Position numbers and translations under genes: made by a program
Source of the DNA: Parcubacteria group bacterium Gr01-1014_8
GTDB lineage: Bacteria; Patescibacteriota; Minisyncoccia; Phycocordibacterales; UBA2100
Reading direction: 5' to 3'
DNA length: 64,000 nt
Assembly (NCBI GenBank): GCA_007376385.1
Contig: VMGC01000005.1
Span: forward strand, 96,001 to 160,000
Shown: piece by piece, positions 32,592-42,419 of the stretch
Position numbering within the stretch: position 1 is the stretch's first letter
How the letters are laid out: each line of letters begins with the position of its first letter
The notes under the pieces: model-generated
Told to the model about the DNA's origin: nothing
Database searches by the model: none
Seen by the model: the letters and a program-made list of their open reading frames with translations, nothing else

Positions 32592-34457
32592 AGATTCTGT
32601 TGTTAGGCCGAAGCCGCGCGGGAAAAGAGGCCGCGCACTAGCACTCGAATCTGTCCAGTCGAATGGAAGTTGCTTGATTGAGCGCGGCCAGTACATGGGA
32701 AGTTTTCCGCCAAAAGGGACGTTGCCGAAGAGCGCGTCAGCGACACCTTCTCCTTCGCTGCCGGGAAGCCATGAAGCAACGAGAGCGTCCCAGTTGGAAA
32801 TATCGTCGGTGATGATGAGCGGTCGCCCGGAGATAAGTATAACTATAAGATGCCGCGTCGAAGCGCGGAGCCGTTTGATTGCGGCCATGTCATCCGCACT
32901 CAGCGTCGGATTCGCCGCATCTCCCCATCCTTCAGCATATGGCTTTTCGCCGACGATCGCGATGCCGATGTCCGCGATATCTTTTTCAGCAAATGTGCCG
33001 TCTTTGTCATATTGCACGATCGCGTCTGGACCAGTTGCCTGGCGGATGCCGGCAAGGATCGATGTCGCGCCGGGAAGCCAATTGCCGTCAACGCCTTGCC
33101 ATTCCACGGTCCACGCACCTGATTGCATACCGATATTGTCCGCTGCGCTGCCCGCAATGCGTATCTTTTTTGAATGTATGGAAAGAGGGAGGATACTATC
33201 GTCATTTTTTAGAAGAACGAGAGATTTCCCAACGGCTTCGCGCGCGAGCGCTCGATGCAGCTCCGAGCCGATGACAGAAAGGTCCACAGCAGCATCATCT
33301 GCATCAAAGAGCCCGAGAGCAAATTTCGCTCGGAGGATCCGTCTCGCCGCATCATCGATGCGACTCTCGGAGATTGCGCCTCGCCCTACTGCTTTTTTAA
33401 CGTCGGAAATGAATTGCACATAGTCATAGGGGAGCATCACCATATCAACACCGGCGTTGATGGCAGTAACGGTCGAATCATACGTACCAGGAGCTATCTC
33501 ATATATCCCGTACCAATCGGAAACGACGAACCCATTGAAATGAAGTTCATTTTTCAAGACGTCGGTCAGTAAGTAGCGGCTTGCCGACACTTTCGTATCG
33601 CCCCATGCATTGAGGCCCGTCATGATGCTGAGCGCATTTGCTTCGATTGCGCGCTGGAATGGAGGAAGATATGCGTCTCTCAGCGTTTTTTCGTCAGGCG
33701 GAGTGATTCCTTGATCGATAAAAAAATCTTTGTTGCTGGAAGTCTGCCATGCCATGCTCCCCGCGCCGATATAATGTTTCGCAGCTGCCGCAACCGCAGG
33801 CGTAAATTCTTGAAGACCGCGGATATACGCGGCGCCAAGCTCTCCAGCAAGTTCTGGGTCATCTGAAAAGGCTTCGTAGATGCGACCCCATCGTATATCT
33901 GTTGGCAGATCAAGAGAAGGTGAGAAATTCCACTGTGCGCCTGTTGCAAGCGATTCTTCCGCAGTTGCGCGCGCTATATGTTCAACAAGTTCAGGATCTC
34001 GCGTTGCGCCGAGTCCCAGTGCGTGCGGAAAAATAGTTGCGTCCGGTACGTTTCCGTTTCCGTGGTTTGCATCGACTCCGTAGAGAATCGGAATGCCGAT
34101 GCGTGACGAGCGGGATGCGTTCGTGAATTGTCCTATCATCGCGCGCCAGCCTTCGGGGGTATTGTTCTCCGGCTTGCCGCCAGCGCCGCTGAGAATCGCA
34201 CCGAGGCCGTATGTTGCAACGTCATCAAGTTCGTGCACGCTGTTTTTTTCGACGAGCGCCATCTGACCTATTTTCTCTTCGAGCGTCATATGAACGAGCA
34301 GGTCGTTGACGCGCGCATCGATGGGGAGCGTTTCATCCCCATATATCGCACCATTCAGTGAGGGTGGCATGTTCCGCGGCGATGCCACCAATACGAGGGC
34401 GACGATGCCTGCGGCAATGAAGAGTAGATGTATTACATGAGAAGGAGAAATCTGCAT
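32565..34457 (-). CDS. glycoside hydrolase family 3 (beta-glucosidase/beta-hexosaminidase-like, BglX-type)
   Basis: GH3 N-terminal domain with the catalytic nucleophile context GFVVSDW and KHYIGAG. C-terminal alpha/beta sandwich. N-terminal signal/TM segment. 630 aa. Confidence 0.85.
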   Translation of the reverse strand: MQISPSHVIHLLFIAAGIVALVLVASPRNMPPSLNGAIYGDETLPIDARVNDLLVHMTLEEKIGQMALVEKNSVHELDDVATYGLGAILSGAGGKPENNTPEGWRAMIGQFTNASRSSRIGIPILYGVDANHGNGNVPDATIFPHALGLGATRDPELVEHIARATAEESLATGAQWNFSPSLDLPTDIRWGRIYEAFSDDPELAGELGAAYIRGLQEFTPAVAAAAKHYIGAGSMAWQTSSNKDFFIDQGITPPDEKTLRDAYLPPFQRAIEANALSIMTGLNAWGDTKVSASRYLLTDVLKNELHFNGFVVSDWYGIYEIAPGTYDSTVTAINAGVDMVMLPYDYVQFISDVKKAVGRGAISESRIDDAARRILRAKFALGLFDADDAAVDLSVIGSELHRALAREAVGKSLVLLKNDDSILPLSIHSKKIRIAGSAADNIGMQSGAWTVEWQGVDGNWLPGATSILAGIRQATGPDAIVQYDKDGTFAEKDIADIGIAIVGEKPYAEGWGDAANPTLSADDMAAIKRLRASTRHLIVILISGRPLIITDDISNWDALVASWLPGSEGEGVADALFGNVPFGGKLPMYWPRSIKQLPFDWTDSSASARPLFPRGFGLTTESLKNPKSNR

Positions 34458-34526
34458 TGCGTAAGTATACCGTTTCCAGAAACAGCTGCTCAGAATACAG
34501 AGTGGTCGCGCTATTCTTCTTGAATT

Positions 34527-35249
34527 CTATATTCCTGCGACTCCGAACAATTTTCCTATCCCGAATGTTACGGCCATCGCAAGCGCGCCGCCGAGGACGA
34601 CTCGCATTGTGGCTTGCGTCTTGTTTGCCTCGCCTGCATACGCGCTCAACGTTCCCGTTATAGCGAGCGCGAAAACGACAGAAATAAACGTCACGGGTAT
34701 GCGCATGGATGGTGTGGGAAGAGTAATGGCAAGCATCGGAATAACAGCACCCGCAAAGAATGATGCAGCGGATGCATATGCCGCATGCCACGGATTCGTG
34801 AGTGCATTAGGGTCAATGTGAAGCTCTGCGTCCAGGTGAGCGGCAAATGCGTCGCGCGCGGTCAATTCATTCGCAACAGTGCGCGCGGTGTCGCGAGAGA
34901 GTCCCTTTGCCTCGTACAGCGTTACGAGTTCTTCTAATTCGTGTTCGGGTTCTTCTTCAAGTTCACGTTTCTCTTTTCCGATGAGAGCTCGTTCAGTATC
35001 GCGTTGGGCGCTGACCGATACATATTCTCCGACTGCCATGGAGAGCGCTCCGGAAAGAACGCCGGCGATACCGGCGGTAAGAATAAAACTTGCGGAATCT
35101 GTCGCTCCCGCAACGCCGACGACAAGTGCGGCAACGGATACGATGCCGTCGTTAGCTCCAAGAACGGAAGCCCGCAGCCAATTCAACATGGAGCCCGACC
35201 CGCCTGAATGCGGTTCTCTGTGTACTGCTGCGCTCGGAAGCGCGTTCAT
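34527..35249 (-). CDS. VIT1/CCC1-family iron/manganese transporter
   Basis: WLRASVLGANDGIVSVAALVVGVAGA matches the VIT-family signature (LRAAVLGANDGLVS). Five TM helices. Confidence 0.8.
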   Translation of the reverse strand: MNALPSAAVHREPHSGGSGSMLNWLRASVLGANDGIVSVAALVVGVAGATDSASFILTAGIAGVLSGALSMAVGEYVSVSAQRDTERALIGKEKRELEEEPEHELEELVTLYEAKGLSRDTARTVANELTARDAFAAHLDAELHIDPNALTNPWHAAYASAASFFAGAVIPMLAITLPTPSMRIPVTFISVVFALAITGTLSAYAGEANKTQATMRVVLGGALAMAVTFGIGKLFGVAGI

Positions 35250-35371
35250 GTGCGGAGTATACCAAACGGTCCTCATGTTCCGGATTGAAACAAACCGCAT
35301 TTGTGCTGTGTAGTACGGGAAGGAGCAGGAGGACGCTCATGTTCCGAATTAAAAAGTTAGAAGAATATAGT

Positions 35372-35782
35372 ATGACAAAATTGCAGAAAGTAACCTCGAT
35401 ACCCTTGCTTGCGGCGTTGCTGTTCGCAGGAGGCGGAATTGCAGGATATGCGGGAATGGCCGCAGCGCAGGGGGCCGACACGGGCTCTGACGTAGAGCAG
35501 AGCGAATCTGCGGGGAGCTTCGACCGCACGAAGGGCGGGCATGTCGGCAAGAACGGTTCGAAAGAAGAACTGCTTACCGGCGAGACGGCAGCGAAAGTAA
35601 CTGCAGCCGCAGAGGCAGCTGTTCCTGGCGCTACTATCGACCGCGTCGAGACCGACGCCGAAGGCGCGGCCTACGAAGCACACATCACGAAAGCGGACGG
35701 CTCGCACGCTACGGTGAAGTTTGATACCGACTTCAACGTGACAATGACCGAAGATGGTCCACGCGGCCGCATGGGTCGCTAA
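35372..35782 (+). CDS. secreted PepSY-like domain protein
   Basis: Signal peptide, then IDRVETDAEGAAYEAHITKADGSHATVKFDTDFNV resembles a PepSY beta-hairpin module. Confidence 0.55.
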   Translation: MTKLQKVTSIPLLAALLFAGGGIAGYAGMAAAQGADTGSDVEQSESAGSFDRTKGGHVGKNGSKEELLTGETAAKVTAAAEAAVPGATIDRVETDAEGAAYEAHITKADGSHATVKFDTDFNVTMTEDGPRGRMGR

Positions 35783-35850
35783 GTCTTTCCGCTCGCGCAC
35801 GCAAGCCCGCATAAAGCGGGCTTGCGTCGTGAAAGAAAAATACGAAAACT

Positions 35851-36417
35851 GTGTACTATATGCATGTGGAGCAGACTGAATCAGATGAAGAGATCGCATG
35901 TCGCGTGCAGGGCGGCGACATTGACGCTTTCGGAATACTGGTTGATAGGTACGAGCAGAAACTTGCTCGCTACGGACGCCGATTCGTTGCCCGCGACGAA
36001 GATATTCAGGACATTGTTCAAGACGTATTCGTCAGTGCATACCAGAATATCCAAGGTTTTGACGCGACGCTTCGTTTTAGCCCGTGGATATATCGCATCG
36101 CGCATAATGCATGTGTCAACGCTCTTCGAAAGAGCGGACGAACTGCTTTTAGTTACGATTTTGATGCACTTGTGTCTCACCATGTATATGAGGACCCTGC
36201 AGAAAGCGAGCGTGATGTAAAAGACATGCGCCTGTTACTAGACAGGGGGCTCGACAAGATGCAGGCAAAATACCGCGAAATCCTCATTCTCCATTACTAT
36301 GAGGACATGCAATACAGGGATATTGCCGACATCCTTCAAATTCCTATCGGCACGGTGAGCATACGAATGAAGCGGGCAAAGGAAGCGCTTCGCGAGAACA
36401 TCAAAAACGAACTATGA
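35851..36417 (+). CDS. ECF (sigma-70 family, group 4) RNA polymerase sigma factor
   Basis: Region 2 (DIVQDVFVSAYQNIQGFD ... FSPWIYRIAHNACVNALRK) and region 4 HTH (YREILILHYYEDMQYRDIADILQIPIGTVSIRMKRAKEALRE). Confidence 0.88.
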   Translation: MYYMHVEQTESDEEIACRVQGGDIDAFGILVDRYEQKLARYGRRFVARDEDIQDIVQDVFVSAYQNIQGFDATLRFSPWIYRIAHNACVNALRKSGRTAFSYDFDALVSHHVYEDPAESERDVKDMRLLLDRGLDKMQAKYREILILHYYEDMQYRDIADILQIPIGTVSIRMKRAKEALRENIKNEL

Positions 36418-37157
36418 ATAATTTAAGGGACAAATTGCTTGGGGATATCCGCTCGGGAAAAGTGGCAATGACGCCGCGCGCCTATTTTGTTGCAAAGATA
36501 GTGGCGCTTCTTGCTGTGTCGCTCGGCATCGTGTTCGTAACGATATTCATATTCAACTTCATATTCTTCAGCTTGCGTATCAATGGACACGAAACGCTGC
36601 TCGGCTTCGGACCTCGCGGCATGCAAGCATTCGTGTATTTCTTTCCATGGTATCTCTTGGTTCTGGATGTCGCACTTGTCGGGCTCCTCCAGTGGCTGCT
36701 TAGAAACTTCCGGCTTGGGTATCAGATACCGGTTCTCTATCTAGTCGCGGGTCTCCTCCTCGGGGCATTTGCCTTTGGTTTTGCCTTGGACCGCGGCACT
36801 CCTTTGAACGATGTTTTGCATGAGGGAAGGGAACATCTGCCCCGGCCGATTGGCGGGTTTTACGAAGGAGCCCAAAGATCGCCGACTGCGGGAAGCGGCA
36901 TGTGTCATTGCGTTATCCTTGCGATTGATGGCAGCACGCTCACTGTTCGGGACACACGGGACTCCGGAGGGGAAGGGGGGGATGTTTCTACATTGCGTAT
37001 CACGCTCCCGCCAAATGACCGTCACGCAACGACGAGCGGTCTGAAGGTTGGAGACGTCATATTCATCGCCGGCGATGAGAGCGAGGGCGTGATTGAAGCC
37101 TTCGGGATCCGCAGGGAAGATGATTCGCATTCTTTTTTCAAGCCTGCGCGGCAGTAA
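36414..37157 (+). CDS. membrane protein co-transcribed with the ECF sigma factor; putative anti-sigma factor
   Basis: ATGA start/stop overlap with the sigma gene. Short cytoplasmic N-terminus, several TM helices, extracytoplasmic C-terminus. The anti-sigma role is inferred from position only. Confidence 0.5.
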   Translation: MNNLRDKLLGDIRSGKVAMTPRAYFVAKIVALLAVSLGIVFVTIFIFNFIFFSLRINGHETLLGFGPRGMQAFVYFFPWYLLVLDVALVGLLQWLLRNFRLGYQIPVLYLVAGLLLGAFAFGFALDRGTPLNDVLHEGREHLPRPIGGFYEGAQRSPTAGSGMCHCVILAIDGSTLTVRDTRDSGGEGGDVSTLRITLPPNDRHATTSGLKVGDVIFIAGDESEGVIEAFGIRREDDSHSFFKPARQ

Positions 37158-37235
37158 CAGACGTGCTCTATATTGTCTTGAAGCGATGTCCAGCATAGCT
37201 TGTCGAAAAAACACAAACGGGTATAGTAGCGAGAT

Positions 37236-37517
37236 ATGAAAATCAAAAGAATCACGCCTAAGTCGCTCGCAAAAATGTCAGGGCTTCTGTACGCCATATT
37301 TGGTTTTATTGCAGGATTGTTTTTTCTCGCCGCGTCGCTTATTGCCGGTGTGCAGTCGCAAACAGCTGGTGTCGGTGCAATTATGTTTGGCATCGGTGCG
37401 CCGATACTTTTGCCGCTTTTTTATGGCGCCATGGGCGTCGTGTTCGGTGCTGTTACGGCCTGGCTATATAATTTTGTTGCAAAACGAGTAGGGGGAATTG
37501 AGTTCGAGACGGAATAG
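37236..37517 (+). CDS. small Gly/Ala-rich two-TM membrane protein
   Basis: 93 aa with two long hydrophobic helices. Confidence 0.45.
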   Translation: MKIKRITPKSLAKMSGLLYAIFGFIAGLFFLAASLIAGVQSQTAGVGAIMFGIGAPILLPLFYGAMGVVFGAVTAWLYNFVAKRVGGIEFETE

Positions 37518-37518
37518 T

Positions 37519-37529
37519 GGGGGGGGGGG
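37519..37529. repeat. homopolymeric G(11) tract
   Basis: agtGGGGGGGGGGGacaatg read directly. It sits 1 nt after the stop of 37236..37517. Confidence 0.9.
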
Positions 37530-37741
37530 ACAATGCTGGCTATTTGTCTTTCTTTTCTGTCCCATGTTTTCCGTCAGTGCAATTGCATTCGGTGAGAGGA
37601 TGCTTGTGTTTTGGACAGCCTTCCGCTTGGCATACACCCGGTCTATCCGACACGCCCTTGCATCCTCCTGTACAAATATAGTGTGTCATATCGTTTGATA
37701 GTAGCACTCGAGAACGGTGTTAACGAGCGAATGTCGATTGC

Positions 37742-38383
37742 CTATGAAGAGAAGTGGGGAAGTATCTCCCGCACATTCGTAAGTATCGTATCCGCCGCTG
37801 AAAAATCATTTGTGTGGGAGAATTCTGTGGGGCATGCAAAGCAGGTGAGGCCAGCCGCTTTTGCCGCAGTGAGTCCATGCTCAGTATCTTCAATAGCAAG
37901 ACAGTCCTCTTTTTCAAACCCGCTTTGCTCCCATGCTCGTAGATACGCTTCAGGGTTTGGCTTGATGTTCGTTACGTCGTCGGCGCAAATTGAGAAATCA
38001 AAATATTTTCCTAGTCCGGTGGTTTTCATTATCTGCTCAAAATGCATACGTAAGGCGGCTGTCACGATTCCCATAGGTACTTTTTTATGCAACCTGTCGA
38101 GAGTTTGAATGACGCCATCATTAACAGGTACGTATTTTTTCAGCAGCTCTAAATAGTCGCCATTACGAATAGTCCGCAAGCGTTGAACTTCTGCTTCTGG
38201 AATACCCTGTGATAGTGCGTATGCCATCGAACTTGCGCCTTTTTTGAGCATTTCGTTCACATACCACTCCCTGGTGATGTGTACTCCCGCAGACGCAAGA
38301 ACCGACTTCGTGCTCTCGAAGTATAGATATTCGGTATTAACGAGCGTCCCGTCGCAGTCCCAAAATATGGTCTTAAACTGCAT
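37742..38383 (-). CDS. HAD-superfamily hydrolase, subfamily IA (beta-phosphoglucomutase-like)
   Basis: Motif I FWDCDGTLVNTE (DxDGT). Later conserved K and DD motifs. 213 aa. Confidence 0.8.
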   Translation of the reverse strand: MQFKTIFWDCDGTLVNTEYLYFESTKSVLASAGVHITREWYVNEMLKKGASSMAYALSQGIPEAEVQRLRTIRNGDYLELLKKYVPVNDGVIQTLDRLHKKVPMGIVTAALRMHFEQIMKTTGLGKYFDFSICADDVTNIKPNPEAYLRAWEQSGFEKEDCLAIEDTEHGLTAAKAAGLTCFACPTEFSHTNDFSAADTILTNVREILPHFSS

Positions 38384-39210
38384 TATTGTTGCGGGTACCA
38401 ATTTGCGAGGATGACTTCAATGCTTGGGTCGCCAGCATTCACCAGTTCCTTAAAACGGCCTACGTCGCTTAAGCCTCCCTGGCCTCGGTAGTGGTACGGG
38501 TACACTTGTTTTGGTTTGAACTCGAGCACAGCATTAGCCGCCTCGTCCACATCCATCGTGTAGGGAAGATTCATCGGTACGAGAGCAATATCAATGTCAG
38601 TGAGCGCACGCATTTCTGGAATGCCCGCGGTGTCACCTGCAATGTAAACGCGGAACCCATCTATTTCAATTAAATAGCCATTGCCTCGGCCTTTCGTATG
38701 ATATTTCTCGTTTGATGAACCGGGAAGGTTGTACATTGGTATCGCAGTGATGGAGAGGCCGGGAGAGTCCAATGATTCTCCGTTCTTGAGTACTGTTGCA
38801 TGTGCTGCAAGCTTCGGAGGAAGTTGATCTTTGACCGCTTGAGGAACGATAAGCCCGGTAACAGGCATTACGACCACTGATTCGAGTGTCGAGGGACTGA
38901 AATGGTCGTCGTGGATGTCGGTTACCAAAACTTCATCGGCTGCGGGCAAACCCGCAAACGCCGACGGATCACCGACAGGGTCAAGGTAAAAGGTCGTATT
39001 GTGTGTTTGTGCCTGCCAATGTATGACAGCTGTCGCATGCTCGATCGGAAATATTTCAACGGGTGAGTCTGATGAATTTTGCATAGGTGTATTTTGAGCT
39101 TCTCCTCCTGACCGGACAGGTTGCTTCTCATTATATATGTAGCTATTAAGGGCATAAAACCCACCCGCCAAGATGATGACGATTCCGACAAGCCAGTGGA
39201 GTGTTTTCAT
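38383..39210 (-). CDS. MBL-fold metallo-hydrolase with an N-terminal membrane anchor/signal
   Basis: TDIHDDH is a metallo-beta-lactamase-type His motif. YIAGDTAG and later His/Asp ligands are present. The start was trimmed to MKTLHWLVGIVIILAGG. Confidence 0.6.
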   Translation of the reverse strand: MKTLHWLVGIVIILAGGFYALNSYIYNEKQPVRSGGEAQNTPMQNSSDSPVEIFPIEHATAVIHWQAQTHNTTFYLDPVGDPSAFAGLPAADEVLVTDIHDDHFSPSTLESVVVMPVTGLIVPQAVKDQLPPKLAAHATVLKNGESLDSPGLSITAIPMYNLPGSSNEKYHTKGRGNGYLIEIDGFRVYIAGDTAGIPEMRALTDIDIALVPMNLPYTMDVDEAANAVLEFKPKQVYPYHYRGQGGLSDVGRFKELVNAGDPSIEVILANWYPQQ

Positions 39211-39251
39211 ATGTCTGTATTTTACCGCATGTTTTGTTATACACTTAGACA

Positions 39252-41273
39252 ATGGATCATTCTGCCCACCACGGACACTATCAACACGAAGACAAGGCAC
39301 ATGTTTCAGGCGGCGTTGCAGCGGACAGGCATGAAGGTCATCACGCTGAAGATTTTCTAAAGAAATTCTGGGTAACACTTGCCCTAACAATACCCATCGT
39401 TCTTTATTCCGATCTGCCGGACACGTTCTTTTCCTTGACAGCGCCGGTATTCCCCGGCTCGGCATATCTTCCGCTTTTCTTAGGTTCGATTATTTTTTTT
39501 TACGGCGGATGGGTTTTCATCAAGGGTGCACTGCGCGAACTTCAGGCTCGACTGCCTGGCATGATGACGCTCATCGCGCTTGCTATCACCGCTGCGTATC
39601 TTTACAGCGCAGGAGCAGTTCTCTTTGGGAACGGCATGACCTTGTTTTGGGAACTCTCAACGCTTATCGCTGTCATGCTCATTGGGCACTGGATAGAAAT
39701 GAAGGCTGTGCAAAGTGCAAAGGGAGCCTTGCGCGAATTGGCAAAACTTCTGCCAGATACGGCAGAGGTCATGCGGGATGGCAAACTGGCGACTGTTGCT
39801 CTCTCTGAATTGCGTGAAGGTGATAACGTACTCGTCCGCCCCGGCGGCAAAGTGCCTGCAGACGGAATTGTCATTGAAGGGGAGTCCGAAGTGGATGAGT
39901 CACTCATAACCGGCGAATCAAGACCTGTTCTCAAAAAAAAGGGTGCAGAAGTCATCGCGGGAGCAACAAACGGAGATGGAAGTTTGCAGATACGTCTTCT
40001 GAAGCTCGGTGAACACACATTCTTGGCGGGTGTTATGCGGCTTGTTGCTGAAGCCGAACGCTCGAAATCCCGTCTTCAGTTGCTCTCTGACAAAGCTGCC
40101 TTTTATCTTACTGTTCTCGCGGTGGTTGCTGGCGCCATCACGTTCGTCGCATGGCTTGCAGTCGGGGAAAGCTTCGGATTTTCCGTTGAGCGGCTTGTCG
40201 CAGTGCTTGTTATCGCATGTCCGCATGCGCTTGGGCTTGCGATCCCGCTTGTCGCATCCATTTCGACGACGATGGCGTCAAAAAATGGTTTTTTTGTAAA
40301 ACGGCGTCTCGCGCTTGAGGCAGCTCGGAACATTACAACCGTATTGTTCGACAAGACAGGGACACTCACCAAAGGTTCTTTCGGAGTAGTGTCTGTTGTT
40401 GGTGCGGAAGAGACTCTCCAACTTGCCGCAGCAGCTGATCTAAAGTCGGAGCATCCGCTCGCGCGGGCAATTGTAGCGCATGCACAGGAACACAACATCA
40501 AAATTCCGGCAGTTTCTTCGTTCAAGAATACACGTGGAATGGGTGTTGCCGTTGAAGTGAACGGGAGGCGAGTTTTTGTCGGGTCTTCACGATTGTTGGA
40601 GGAGCAAGGGGCAACAATATCTGCTGAGATCGAAAAACTCATTCGCGCGCACGAACGTGATGGGAAGACGGTCATTCATGTTGTGCGCGAAAAAGAGTGG
40701 GTCGGTGCGGTGGCTCTTGCGGATGTTATCCGTGAAGAATCGCGTGAAGCTGTTCGCGCGCTCCGCGCTATGGGTATCAAGGTGGCGATGATAACAGGGG
40801 ACGCTGAAGATGTTGCTGCGTGGGTTTCGAAAGAACTATCAATAGACGAGTATTTTGCGCACGTCCTGCCGGGGCAAAAAGCTGACGCTGTTAAAGATCT
40901 TCAAGCACGTGGCGAACGAGTCGCGATGGTGGGCGACGGCGTAAATGATGCCCCGGCGCTTACGCAGGCGGACCTTGGTATCGCGATCGGGGCGGGTACA
41001 AATGTCGCGATAGAATCTGCGGGTATCATCCTCGTAAAAAATGACCCCGGCGACATTCCTAAAATAATCAAACTCTCTCGGCTCACGTACTCGAAAATGA
41101 TCCAAAATCTTTTCTGGGCGAGCGGGTACAACATCATCGCGCTCCCGATCGCAGCAGGAGCTCTTGCGGTCTACGGCATTATGCTTCAGCCCGCAGTTGC
41201 CGCCGTATTTATGTCGCTCTCTACGGTTATCGTAGCGGTGAATGCGTCGCTTCTTCGAAGCACGAACATATAG
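39252..41273 (+). CDS. copB: heavy-metal (copper) translocating P1B-type ATPase, CPH-motif, His-rich N-terminus (CopB-like)
   Basis: N-terminus MDHSAHHGHYQHEDKAHVSGG...HEGHHAED. TM6 motif ACPHALGLAIP (CPH). DKTGTLT phosphorylation site. GDGVNDAPAL hinge. The metal specificity itself cannot be read from the sequence. Confidence 0.88.
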   Translation: MDHSAHHGHYQHEDKAHVSGGVAADRHEGHHAEDFLKKFWVTLALTIPIVLYSDLPDTFFSLTAPVFPGSAYLPLFLGSIIFFYGGWVFIKGALRELQARLPGMMTLIALAITAAYLYSAGAVLFGNGMTLFWELSTLIAVMLIGHWIEMKAVQSAKGALRELAKLLPDTAEVMRDGKLATVALSELREGDNVLVRPGGKVPADGIVIEGESEVDESLITGESRPVLKKKGAEVIAGATNGDGSLQIRLLKLGEHTFLAGVMRLVAEAERSKSRLQLLSDKAAFYLTVLAVVAGAITFVAWLAVGESFGFSVERLVAVLVIACPHALGLAIPLVASISTTMASKNGFFVKRRLALEAARNITTVLFDKTGTLTKGSFGVVSVVGAEETLQLAAAADLKSEHPLARAIVAHAQEHNIKIPAVSSFKNTRGMGVAVEVNGRRVFVGSSRLLEEQGATISAEIEKLIRAHERDGKTVIHVVREKEWVGAVALADVIREESREAVRALRAMGIKVAMITGDAEDVAAWVSKELSIDEYFAHVLPGQKADAVKDLQARGERVAMVGDGVNDAPALTQADLGIAIGAGTNVAIESAGIILVKNDPGDIPKIIKLSRLTYSKMIQNLFWASGYNIIALPIAAGALAVYGIMLQPAVAAVFMSLSTVIVAVNASLLRSTNI

Positions 41274-41312
41274 AACCAGCTCTCAACCTGGTTGGGCATC
41301 GCCGGTACGATC

Positions 41313-41615
41313 TTATGCGTAGAGAAAATGCCAGACAAAAAACGCAAAGATAACGATGCCTGCCGCAATCGCACTCAGCGAGAGAAGTATCGCGCTCGAG
41401 AGCACGGACGTTGATTTTCCTATGCGACTGAACAGCGTATAGAAGATAACAAATGCGGCAAAAGAAAGAATGCTTTTTGCTGTCCAGTGCTGGCCTGCGA
41501 GCGACGTGAGGAACGATTTGAGAGGGGCGGAAAGTTCCGTGCCGATGGCGAGTGCTGCGATGAGCCAGATCGTCAGCGCTCCTGCTCTTAACGTTGCAAC
41601 GGTGTTGAGGTTCAT
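41313..41615 (-). CDS. hypothetical three-TM membrane protein
   Basis: Hydropathy only. 4-nt overlap with the upstream membrane-protein gene. Confidence 0.45.
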   Translation of the reverse strand: MNLNTVATLRAGALTIWLIAALAIGTELSAPLKSFLTSLAGQHWTAKSILSFAAFVIFYTLFSRIGKSTSVLSSAILLSLSAIAAGIVIFAFFVWHFLYA

Positions 41616-42082
41616 AGTGCTTTCGACTCAAGTGCGCTTCTGAATCCGCTGGAGATCATGAATCCCATACCCGCTATGGAGAACGCCATAAGGACGATGA
41701 GGGCCGATACGATGATAGCGGCAGCCGCAGTCCTGCGATTTTGCATCATTTCGCTGCCGTGCCGTTTGAGGATGCTCCATGCTCCGAGGGCGAGAAATGG
41801 CAGGAAAAGGAATACATGCTCCTTTGTTTCAGTGATGACCGAATGTGTCCAAGGAAGCGGTCCTGCTTTTATCACCGGCTTTACGATGCTTTGGTATTCT
41901 GTGAGGTAATAATACCCCCCGACGATCCAAGCGAGAAAAAGAAAAAGGACGCCGATGCCAGCGATGCGAGTCGCCCGACGCACGCGCGATTCTGATGGAG
42001 ACAAAAGTTCAACGAGCACCCACAAAAAAGCGAGTGCGCCGGCTTCTCCGAGAAAGGCGTGAATGCCGATAAGGGCGTGCAT
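41612..42082 (-). CDS. hypothetical four-TM membrane protein
   Basis: Hydropathy only. Confidence 0.45.
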   Translation of the reverse strand: MHALIGIHAFLGEAGALAFLWVLVELLSPSESRVRRATRIAGIGVLFLFLAWIVGGYYYLTEYQSIVKPVIKAGPLPWTHSVITETKEHVFLFLPFLALGAWSILKRHGSEMMQNRRTAAAAIIVSALIVLMAFSIAGMGFMISSGFRSALESKAL

Positions 42083-42419
42083 ACCTGGTTAACTTTACCA
42101 CAAATTTTCTCACGCAATCAAATATCCGCGCGTACATATGAGCGGCCAAAAACATGCATACACGTACACCTTACGCACCGATCAACGTTGCGAACGACAA
42201 ACCGGTGCTACGATTAACGTGATTGAAGCACGGTACCATTAAAGCGAGTCGAATCGAAGTTAACATTATGAATACCAAACTGAAGCACTATGAAAAGACG
42301 GCTCTCATTCCTGCATCCGCTGAGGAGTTCTTCGCGTATGTAGACGATCACACGCGTTTTTCTTCTCATATGAGCAGTTCATGGATGATAGGAGGTGCTC
42401 AGAATCAATCCAAATAACC

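Noticed and set aside
32533-33423. + strand 296-aa ORF antisense to the GH3 gene, and the Cys-rich ORF 34333..34791
   Set aside because: The GH3 and VIT assignments on the opposite strand are strong. These are mirror frames.
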